Assembly: GCA_946407235.1 (NCBI GenBank)
Contig: CAMJNF010000002.1
Coordinates: 21,674-85,673 of the forward strand
Direction of reading: 5' to 3'
Source: an uncultured Fibrobacter sp.
Lineage (GTDB): Bacteria; Fibrobacterota; Fibrobacteria; Fibrobacterales; Fibrobacteraceae
Length of the DNA stretch: 64,000 nt
The position numbers were made by a program, and so were the translations under genes. Shown here piece by piece: positions 1-8,296 of the stretch. Below the pieces are notes generated by a model, which had not been told where the DNA came from, ran no database searches, and saw only the letters and a list, made by a program, of their open reading frames with translations. The stretch's first letter is position 1, and the number at the start of each line of letters is the position of its first letter.

Positions 1-2
1 AA

Positions 3-323
3 GTCAATTCAACAAATCAGTTCTTATATCATAAAACGAGCATTCGATTGCCAATGCCCCAAGGCGTCTTTGACGAAATCGGCATCAACGAAAAAGGCGA
101 ACTCACCGAAGGGACATTCACGAACATCGGCGTTCAGTTAAATGGCACCGTTTATACACCGCCTCTTAAATGCGGGCTCTTAAACGGAATCACGCGACAG
201 AAGCTCCTCCGCGACGGGAAAATCAAGGAAAAAATCCTGTACCCGAACGACCTGCAAAACGCCGAGAAAATCTTTTGCTTCAACTCCGTGCGCGGCGTTG
301 TCGAAGTCGAATTGAGCGAATAA
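3..323 (+). CDS. Aminotransferase class IV / aminodeoxychorismate lyase domain, C-terminal part (possibly a PabB-PabC fusion), truncated by window start
   Basis: Frame is open from the window edge (VNSTNQFLYHKT...). Motifs FLYHKT, GELTEGTFTN, TPPLKCGLLNGITR and NSVRG are typical of fold-type IV PLP enzymes. Confidence 0.85.
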   Translation, partial: VNSTNQFLYHKTSIRLPMPQGVFDEIGINEKGELTEGTFTNIGVQLNGTVYTPPLKCGLLNGITRQKLLRDGKIKEKILYPNDLQNAEKIFCFNSVRGVVEVELSE

Positions 324-371
324 TAGCCATATAAAAATGGCGATGCCGTCCCCTAGGCCGGCATGACAATG

Positions 372-400
372 AAAAAAAGCCTTCCCGGTTATAGGAAGGC
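372..400 (-). terminator. Intrinsic terminator of the esterase gene
   Basis: GCCTTCC...GGAAGGC hairpin followed by a T-run on the minus strand. Confidence 0.7.
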
Positions 401-429
401 ATCATCACAATCACATATAGGCTGCGGAA

Positions 430-1865
430 CTAGAACTGCGTAATAAATTCCCAGCCAATATCAGAGGCCCAAAGCTTGCCATTTTCACGCATATCCCACT
501 GGTGGCCGCCATTGAAGGTGCACCATTTCACAGGGAAGCGCGGATCGACCGTCGTATAGTCGTAGCAGACGTGGTTGCCACCGGTGTATTCGGTAGCCTT
601 CTCCTTAGTGCAGTCAGGATGGTCTTCAGGGCCGTTGTTCTTCAAGATCCTGTCGCGGGCACTACGTCCCATGCTCGGCGGGCAGGTGCCATCGCTCAAG
701 CCCACGGTACCCATCCAGGCAATCGGCTTGCCGGCATTCTTCGGAATGTAAATCACCTGGTCGGCAGTCGCGAACACCACGACAGCGCGGAGACGATGCT
801 GGAACGTCTGAGCAAGCGAGTTCGAGTACATGGCACCAAAGCTAAAGCCCGAAGAGAACACACGAGACGTATCCACGCAAAGGTTCTCGTTCAAGTGTGT
901 AAGAAGCTCGTCAAAGAACAAATGGTCCTTGTTGTCGCCACAGCGCCATGGCATTTGGTCGGTGTAACCGTGCGGAGCCACAAAGATGGTGTTCTCCTTA
1001 GCGCCCTTCTGATCGCGGAAACCATAATAGTGTTCGTTCTGAGCCACGTTCTGTGCGGAACCGCCCATGCAGTGCATGCCGAACACCAAGCGGTAAGGCT
1101 TGTTCTTGTCGTAATTATCGGGCATAGTGAGGTAGACTTCGTGCTCGATACCGCCACCCGTGAACTTGAAGTAGTTCTTGAGCGTATTGTCCTTGCCGCA
1201 GCCCTTACTCGGCGTAGGATCGTTGCCAATGGCATAGCCAAACGCAAACGTCTGCTTCGTGGCCGCCTTGCTGAGTTTCAGATCGAGAGTCGTATCAAGG
1301 TTCGCCAGGGGAACAAACAACGTATCATAATCTTCTGCAACGACACGCAGCGTATCGATAGCATCGCCTTCCTTATGAAGCGCCTTCTTTTCTGCAGAAC
1401 CGAAAGATCCAGCAGCATAGCCATAAGTGTTAAAGCGAACCGTTTCCTGCGCAGATCCCATCTGCACCTTTGCAACGAATGTACCCTGTGCCTGAATCGA
1501 AGCGGCAAGATCAACAGTCCCAGAACCTTGCAACGTCTTCGCAAGCAGCTGGTTACCCATCATGTCAAAGACCTTGACCTGCACAGGAGCGCTACCGCCC
1601 TGCGTAAAATTCAGGATTCCGTTAATCAAGCTGAAATGTCCAACAGCGGCATGTGAACCATGCAAGGACACTTCCTCTTCTTGAATGACAAATTTTCCAG
1701 ATTGGTCCGTTTCAGCTTCTTTGCCCTTTTTGAGCAATTTCACGGTCGCCGCAACTGGCGAAGAATCGTCTTTATCTTTAACGGTTCCGTTTAGAGTGTA
1801 GGCCGATGCCGCAGAAAAAGCGGTCGCCATAACAAGGGAAATACAGAGAAGAATATTCTCTTCAT
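430..1865 (-). CDS. Secreted CE1/PHB-depolymerase-like esterase with an internal T9SS-CTD-like domain; apparent 1-nt frameshift in the signal peptide (intact ORF 430..1830)
   Basis: GFSFG nucleophile motif, C-terminal GGH and CVDTSRVFSSG. The SD-preceded ATG at 1865 (MKRIFFSVF) is 35 nt upstream of, and out of frame with, MATAFSAASA. Confidence 0.75.
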
Positions 1866-1966
1866 CCTAAGTCTCCTTTCCCAAGACACCACATCCAATC
1901 CAAATATAAACCAGAGCCAAGCAAAAACTACCTGGTAAAAATAATTTTCAACAATCGCTTGCTGGG

Positions 1967-2098
1967 TGTCATGCCCGCCTCTGAGCGAGCATCGCCTTTT
2001 TCTTAAGCGAGATGGCGCCCTCGTTCCCCATTCGCGGATCATGCTCACATAAGTGCTAAAGCACTAAGTGATCAAAGAGAACGGAGTCCGGGGTGACA
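1967..2098. repeat. Pair of REP-like palindromes (TGTCATGCC..GCATCGCC and GGCG..GGGGTGACA), the second with an inserted hairpin module
   Basis: Same family as 339-368, 24554-24612, 40128-40157, 42328-42357 and 55560-55588. Confidence 0.7.
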
Positions 2099-2127
2099 TT
2101 GAAAACGGGATTGACGAAAACAAAGAA

Positions 2128-3888
2128 TTACTTCACGACGGCGTTGGCGTGGCCGCTGTAAATAGCCTGCAAGGCGCCAGCGAGGTATGCAAGCGGAGCG
2201 TTCCAGTTGATAGCCACTTCGTTTGTCGCATAGCTGCAGCGGTTATCAATGTAGGCAAGCGCAGGCTTGTCAGCAGTAGCATAGTTCGGGCACTTCCAAA
2301 GTTCCGTTCCATCCAAATTAATATCTTGCTTGCCCAAGTGCGGCCCGCCCACGAGCATGCCCGGCACCGGATCATCCACAAAGTCCGATTCACTCACGCG
2401 ATGGTGCGGGAAACGCGGGCTTCTAAAGCCAAAGCCGGTCACATAAGAAATTTCCATCGGATTCTTGCCCAAGAGGTAGTCTAAGCACTGCTGTGCACCA
2501 TCCAAGAAACTCTTGTCGCCCGTGACATAGTATGCATGGAGCAACACAATTCCGTTGTTCGCCATGGCGCTGTTACTGCCCCAGTTCCAGCTCGACGGGA
2601 ATGCCGGGAGCCTATAGGCACTCGTATCGCCCACATTGCGGAGTTCCTTTGCGACAAAGAGCAGCGTCTTGCGGGCTTCGCCACCGATTTTTGCGCCAAA
2701 ATCTGCGGAATCGAGTGCCGCATGGTAAATAGCTAGCATGTTTACATCGCCCCACCACGGGCCATCGGCCCTGAACTTGTACTGCTTCAGATCCTTGAGA
2801 TAATCGGACTTTTTCGTAGCGCGGTAAAGTTCCGTTGCGGCAAATGCAAATTCGTCCTTGCCATCCTCTTCGCCATGGGTATAGTTACCCGTTTGCACAT
2901 CGGACGGTTGCTTGTACAAAGCCTTCGGATGGCGCTTAGCCCAATAGTAAGCCACTTCAGAAGCCTTGAGCATGCGCTTTGAAAAATCATCATCGAACTT
3001 TGCATACACGCGAGAAGCCTGGGCCATCACCGCTGCAAAATCAAGCGTCGCGGTCAAGCTCTTTTCAATCGCATAACGCAAGGCGCCATCGAGTTCCGGC
3101 ATCGTACTCGAACCGAACTTGAGCGATGTGAGTTTGTGATAAACGCCGCCATCCTTGTCTTGCATCGAAAGCATCCAGTCCAAGTTCCAGCGGATTTCTT
3201 CCAAGAGTTCAGGCATCTTCGGGAATTCACGCGGGATGTTCCAATGGAGCGTATCCACGAATGCCGGGAAATGTTCGTACATTTCCAAAAGCGTAAACAC
3301 CGTAATGCCGGAATTCACGATGTACTTGCCATAGTCACCGGCATCGTACCAGCCGCGCTGTGACTTGATGATTTTCGCATCGGCCTTCTTGGGTTCGGGC
3401 TTGCCCTTGGACTGCGCCACAACCTTCGCCGTTGGCAAATCCGTGCCATAGACAATCACGCTGTCATCCGCATGGCCCATGGCGCGTGCCCACTTGCCCG
3501 CATAACGCGTTTCGAGCGCCATGCCCGCACGCTGATAGTAGAACCACTTGAGCGCAGCCTTAGTCACATCAACGTAAACATTCTCGCCAACAACAATCGG
3601 GTTACCGATATAGCCATCGCGGAACAAGCGGTACGTGCCCGGTTTCTTAATCGCAGAAATATCGTACGTCTGGACCTCTTCGCCGCTGTATTCCCAATCG
3701 TAAACCATCGGGGCTTCAAGCGTCAGCACCACCTTCCCTGCCATGTCGCGCACTTCGAGCGGGTTGGCATCGTTACCGGGAATAACCACCGTCTTTTCGG
3801 ATTCAGGAGCAAAACCTAGCTGGTTTACTAAAGGAATAGCAAAAGAAGGCATTGCAATCGCTAACGCAGCGAGCAAATGTTTACGCAT
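2128..3888 (-). CDS. Glycoside hydrolase family 9 endoglucanase with N-terminal Ig-like domain and signal peptide
   Basis: GWYDAGDYGKY (catalytic Asp pair), PHHR and YATNEVAINWNA (catalytic Glu). GAGGTG SD precedes MRKHLL. Confidence 0.95.
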   Translation of the reverse strand: MRKHLLAALAIAMPSFAIPLVNQLGFAPESEKTVVIPGNDANPLEVRDMAGKVVLTLEAPMVYDWEYSGEEVQTYDISAIKKPGTYRLFRDGYIGNPIVVGENVYVDVTKAALKWFYYQRAGMALETRYAGKWARAMGHADDSVIVYGTDLPTAKVVAQSKGKPEPKKADAKIIKSQRGWYDAGDYGKYIVNSGITVFTLLEMYEHFPAFVDTLHWNIPREFPKMPELLEEIRWNLDWMLSMQDKDGGVYHKLTSLKFGSSTMPELDGALRYAIEKSLTATLDFAAVMAQASRVYAKFDDDFSKRMLKASEVAYYWAKRHPKALYKQPSDVQTGNYTHGEEDGKDEFAFAATELYRATKKSDYLKDLKQYKFRADGPWWGDVNMLAIYHAALDSADFGAKIGGEARKTLLFVAKELRNVGDTSAYRLPAFPSSWNWGSNSAMANNGIVLLHAYYVTGDKSFLDGAQQCLDYLLGKNPMEISYVTGFGFRSPRFPHHRVSESDFVDDPVPGMLVGGPHLGKQDINLDGTELWKCPNYATADKPALAYIDNRCSYATNEVAINWNAPLAYLAGALQAIYSGHANAVVK

Positions 3889-4049
3889 AAAACACCTCAT
3901 TTTTTATAAGGAGACGCCCGCTTTACTGGCATGACATCGATATAAACCAAATTACGATATAAAGATACCTTTAATTTAGGGAAATCGCACCATAAGGGGG
4001 CACTTTAATGTTTACCACAGGCAACGCTAAGTGTATCGAGTGTATGGCA

Positions 4050-4185
4050 ATTAGGAATTCGGAAGTCAGAATTAGGACAACTGCGGAAGGCGAGAGAAGC
4101 GGCGGTGCTCGCACCGACATTTCCGAGCCGAGCAGTTGGTACTTGAGCGAAGCGAAAGTACAATTAGGAGTTCGGAATGAGGAAA
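4050..4185. repeat. Structured intergenic element (CAACTG...CAGTTG-bounded hairpins) flanked by AATTAGG/AATTCGG heptamers
   Basis: Inverted ends, an internal CGGTGC-TC-GCACCG hairpin and heptamer runs on both sides. Confidence 0.5.
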
Positions 4186-4217
4186 TGGTGCTGGTCATCC
4201 TAGAGGGACAACATTGC

Positions 4218-4251
4218 AAAAAAGTCCCGCCTTTGTAGGCGAGACTTTTTT
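4218..4251. terminator. Bidirectional intrinsic terminator closing the OMP-GH18 operon
   Basis: AAAAAAGTCCCGCC-TTTGTA-GGCGAGACTTTTTT. Confidence 0.8.
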
Positions 4252-4274
4252 AAGTTCTTGCGTTTTAGTGCGGA

Positions 4275-5333
4275 TTACTTCTTCTTGCCACTCTTGTAGT
4301 TCACGCCCGGACGGAGTTCGAGACCAACAGTCACGAGGAGCGACACAACCGGTTCGTAGTGATCCTGGGAGAGGTCATAGACGGCAACGCCAGCCATGCC
4401 TTCGCTCTTCACGTGCTGAGCAACAGCCTTCACAGACGGAATGCCCATGAACACGATAGATTCGGATTCGCTCACAGCCACTTCGGACTTGGTAGCTTCA
4501 TCGAATGTCACTGTGTAATCCGGAGTATCGAAGCGGTTCATGAGTTCAGCGTACGGGAGGTAGCCTTCGTTGCCACTGCCGACACCCTGATGGCTAGAGC
4601 CGAGGCCCTTGGCACCAGCAAAGGACTTACCGTAGAGGAACACGACCGGAGCAAGGAGATCCTTGTTCACGCCGGCAGCGGCAACAGCGTCAAGCGTTTC
4701 TTGCACAGAGTTTGCGCTCTGGTTCGGAACGAGGCTGCTTTCGCTTTCGTTCATGAGGTCTGCCATGAACACGTCAACGTAAGCGGCGCGGTTCAAGGCT
4801 TCGGCCTTGTAGGCATCCATGCCTGCGGCCGGGTAAATCACGGCCGTCACCGTAGAGCCCGAAAGACCATCGACCAAGGCGTTCAGCATCTTGGCATAAT
4901 CTTCGGAATCGTCCGTCGTGAGGTTCTGCCAGTCGAGTTCAACACCGTCGCCACCATTTGCCGAAAGCCAGCCCTTAACGTTCGAAACGAACGTGGAGAG
5001 AGTTTCGTCAGAAGAAGCGATAGCCTTGAGATTCGATTCGGCTTCCATGCCACCCACGGAAACGATAAGCTTGACGCCGTTTTCCTTGGACATGGTGACG
5101 AGATTCTTGAAATTGTCCGCATCGTATTCGTCAGCAAAAGCAACCGTGCCTTCTGCACTCGGAGCGATAGACATGTAATGAATGTCAGTCACGAGATTGT
5201 AGCGGATATCCTTTGCATAGAACTGGGAATACTGACTCCAATACGGATAGAAGCCAATCACTTTGTCAGCTGCAGCCTGAGCAGCCACTGCTGCACCCAT
5301 AGCGAGAGCCAATGTAATAACTTTAAAGTTCAT
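4275..5333 (-). CDS. GH18 chitinase-fold protein, predicted catalytically inactive (lectin-like), with signal peptide
   Basis: KVIGFYPYW, KLIVSVGG and GMAGVAVYDLSQD are GH18 barrel motifs. The catalytic DxxDxDxE reads DGVELDWQ. Confidence 0.85.
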   Translation of the reverse strand: MNFKVITLALAMGAAVAAQAAADKVIGFYPYWSQYSQFYAKDIRYNLVTDIHYMSIAPSAEGTVAFADEYDADNFKNLVTMSKENGVKLIVSVGGMEAESNLKAIASSDETLSTFVSNVKGWLSANGGDGVELDWQNLTTDDSEDYAKMLNALVDGLSGSTVTAVIYPAAGMDAYKAEALNRAAYVDVFMADLMNESESSLVPNQSANSVQETLDAVAAAGVNKDLLAPVVFLYGKSFAGAKGLGSSHQGVGSGNEGYLPYAELMNRFDTPDYTVTFDEATKSEVAVSESESIVFMGIPSVKAVAQHVKSEGMAGVAVYDLSQDHYEPVVSLLVTVGLELRPGVNYKSGKKK

Positions 5334-5350
5334 TTTGAATACCTCTTATC

Positions 5351-6088
5351 CTATTGAAGAATCTGGCGATCAACACCGGCGGCATCACGGCAATACAAAT
5401 TGTTATCTGCAACAAACTCGCCCTTAGCGGCGGCGGTTGCCTGAGTTTGGCTAATTTGCATACTTGAGCGAGGAGTATTGTTCACCTCATCAGCGCGGCA
5501 AGCACGGTATGCCCAACCATGAGTTCTGCCATACATCACGTACTGCGAAGAAAATGCCATGGAATCTATAGGTATATTCTTCAATGCAGTAATGTCATCA
5601 GCGACACCGATAAAGTTAAACAGCGTCACTTCACCCTGAACGGCCTTCCAAAGTGAAGGAGACTTCTTTGCAGTAGCCTTCGTTTCAGGATCTACACCTG
5701 CCGAATCCGCAGCAACAGCAGCCTTGGCTGCTTCAATCGTAGTAAGTTCCTGATAGGCAGAGTCCCAAGCAGCAGCAGTTCCACCAACATAGATCGGATC
5801 TAAATAAATCTGCTGCACCATGGCAACATTACCAAACAATGTTACAGAATCTTCAGACACTTTTGCATTATAAGCAGCTATGCCAATCTCTTTCTTGACT
5901 CGATTGTTATAGTCACTGACATAATCCTTAATCTGCAATGTGAGCAGATAGGGATGCAATTCCACATATTCCTTATTGCTGAAGCCAGCTGGGAAACTAT
6001 CTTCATAAGGATCATCAACACTCATCGAGGAGCAGGCTCCCAAAACGCCTGCCAAGAGAATCATCATGTAATGGTGAAGTTTTTTCAT
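5351..6088 (-). CDS. Lipoprotein of unknown function in the OMP operon
   Basis: Lipobox VLGA-C after MKKLHHYMMILLAG. The GAGGTG SD directly follows the upstream stop codon. Confidence 0.8.
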   Translation of the reverse strand: MKKLHHYMMILLAGVLGACSSMSVDDPYEDSFPAGFSNKEYVELHPYLLTLQIKDYVSDYNNRVKKEIGIAAYNAKVSEDSVTLFGNVAMVQQIYLDPIYVGGTAAAWDSAYQELTTIEAAKAAVAADSAGVDPETKATAKKSPSLWKAVQGEVTLFNFIGVADDITALKNIPIDSMAFSSQYVMYGRTHGWAYRACRADEVNNTPRSSMQISQTQATAAAKGEFVADNNLYCRDAAGVDRQILQ

Positions 6089-6100
6089 TTTCAGCACCTC

Positions 6101-8281
6101 TTAGAAGTTCACCGTCACATCGGCGGAAAGAATGTTCTTGGTGATTGAAAGCTTGTCTGCTCCCATGGCTTCTCCAACATTGTAAGTATACTGGAGTTCG
6201 TTAGTGAGCATGCCGTACTGCAAGGACAAGTAGGATATCGGAGCAAGCTTCACACGGAGACCCGCCATAATAAGGCGTTCAGACGCATCATTCACGTAGA
6301 ACGAGAACGGAGCTTCTTCGGTTCCTGCATAAATCGGAGCACCACCCCTGTCAAAGACCTTCTTGTACTGCTGGAAACCAGCGAGCACGGCGAACGGGCC
6401 CCAAACATCAGCGGTAAGGCCAGCAACAATTCGAGTTGCATTACGCTTCAGGTAAGCACTTTCTGTAGCCTGGGAGAAAGAACCCTGAACAAGAATTTGA
6501 CGGTCAAGACCGGCAATAACACCGACATCGGCACCAATGCCAAATGCAAATTCCGTAAACTTGTTCTCTTCAATCACAGGCATTCCAGTCTGAAGCCACT
6601 TGTCGTAATTCGCATAGGTCTGAGTCAACATGCTGACGCGACCATTGAAGAACACCATGTCAGACCAATTCACATCGACCTTTGCCATAATACCCTTACG
6701 GTCTGGAGTGGCAAGGCCAAACGGCAGAGAAAGGCTTACAGACGGGTCGAGTTCCCTCAAATAATCCTTTTCAGCTTCAAGCTTCTTGTAAGTATTGCCC
6801 GTGTATCCGTTGCGGTAGTAGTGGCCATTCTTGTAGTTGTTGTCCAAACGGGCAAACATTTCAGCCGCTTCCACCTCACTGGAGAGAGCATTACTAAGGT
6901 TTTCCGAAGTCATCAAGTTGTTCGCCTGCAATGTCGTCGAGTTGTAGACATTGTAGTAGAGGTTTTCAAGGCTCGATGCACCGAAAGTTGACATGATGGC
7001 CGCATTAAGCGGATTGTTGTAGAAGGCGTTTGCATTGAGAATTGTGGCACGTCCCTGATAAACCGGGGAAGAAGCCAATTCAGACCAGAAACTGGAATCC
7101 GTCTTGAGGTAAGCAGCTTCGGCACTATAATCGAGGCCACTCACGTTACCCTTCACAAAGAGGCTTGCATAAATGCTCTTGCCATCCTGATCACGGTAGT
7201 CCTCATTAGTGCGGACATATGGTTCACTTTGGGAGACGCCAACGTAAACCACATCACCTACGCCCTTAACCGTCTTTTGCTGAAGACTATATGACGTCTG
7301 CTTAGACTGGGTCATATAGTCGCGATCGACAGACCACTTGGACATGGCAAATTCACCATTCAAGCCGAACGTGAACGGAAGATCCGGAAGGAGCTTCTTG
7401 GAATCGAATCCCAGTTCAGCAGAAATGACCATGTTCTTATCATAGTAAACCGTATCCGATGCAACAATATCCTTAGAACGGCTCGGCAACTTGCGGTCCA
7501 TCAAATTGACGTAGTTTGCCCCAAGGTGAGCACCATAGGCATCAACGCCGACTCGAGCACCAAGGAGGTAACGGTCTGCGAAATCAAAGTCAAAGAACAC
7601 TTGGTCGTACTTCTTTGCCGTATTGCGGAGGCGGGCACCCGTAAGCTGGGCAGTGATGTTATCGACAACACCAGCTACGTTACCGCTCTGGTAAGCAACA
7701 TTGAGACCTTGCATCAAGCGACGGCTCGTAGTATCGAGGTTGCGCTTTTCAAGAGCTTCACGACGCTTTTCCGCAAAGATTTCCGGTTCCTGGAGGATTT
7801 CGGTCTGCGGAGTGTAAATGGTAAGCGGGGTATAACCGATACGCATGTAACCCAAGTTGAAGTCAACATGCTTATTCAGGATTGTACCATCGTAGCTGAA
7901 CCAGTGACCGATAATCGGGTTGTTGTTTTCGTCGTAAGCACTCTGCCAATCCTTGTGCAGGCGCAACTGGACATCAATCATGGTTTCAGAACTCGGACGG
8001 GCGGTCAAACGCAGGTTCACATCGGTGAAAGCCTGGTTTTCCTGAGTCGGAGATTCTTCATTATATTGGTCCGAAGAAGCCATTGACGCAAGAGCACCAG
8101 CTTTTGCCGTACCATTGATCTTAAGCCCGAGAACAGCTGCATTGAGAGAATCCAGCTTTTCCAAAAGGGACTTCTGTTGCGTCACAACCTCAGCCTGATT
8201 TTCGGCAGCAAACGCAGCTGTAGCCGACAAAGCAAATGCGGAGGTCAGTAAAATTTTACGCATGTTCATATTGAAATTCAT
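6101..8281 (-). CDS. Outer-membrane beta-barrel-type protein (paralog 3)
   Basis: Signal peptide, amphipathic strands and C-terminal ADVTVNF. Shares TPLTIY-P..EP.IFA.KR and LP.GLAT..R.G with the 8297..10738 product. Confidence 0.75.
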   Translation of the reverse strand: MNFNMNMRKILLTSAFALSATAAFAAENQAEVVTQQKSLLEKLDSLNAAVLGLKINGTAKAGALASMASSDQYNEESPTQENQAFTDVNLRLTARPSSETMIDVQLRLHKDWQSAYDENNNPIIGHWFSYDGTILNKHVDFNLGYMRIGYTPLTIYTPQTEILQEPEIFAEKRREALEKRNLDTTSRRLMQGLNVAYQSGNVAGVVDNITAQLTGARLRNTAKKYDQVFFDFDFADRYLLGARVGVDAYGAHLGANYVNLMDRKLPSRSKDIVASDTVYYDKNMVISAELGFDSKKLLPDLPFTFGLNGEFAMSKWSVDRDYMTQSKQTSYSLQQKTVKGVGDVVYVGVSQSEPYVRTNEDYRDQDGKSIYASLFVKGNVSGLDYSAEAAYLKTDSSFWSELASSPVYQGRATILNANAFYNNPLNAAIMSTFGASSLENLYYNVYNSTTLQANNLMTSENLSNALSSEVEAAEMFARLDNNYKNGHYYRNGYTGNTYKKLEAEKDYLRELDPSVSLSLPFGLATPDRKGIMAKVDVNWSDMVFFNGRVSMLTQTYANYDKWLQTGMPVIEENKFTEFAFGIGADVGVIAGLDRQILVQGSFSQATESAYLKRNATRIVAGLTADVWGPFAVLAGFQQYKKVFDRGGAPIYAGTEEAPFSFYVNDASERLIMAGLRVKLAPISYLSLQYGMLTNELQYTYNVGEAMGADKLSITKNILSADVTVNF

Positions 8282-8296
8282 TCTAGTTACCTCCCA

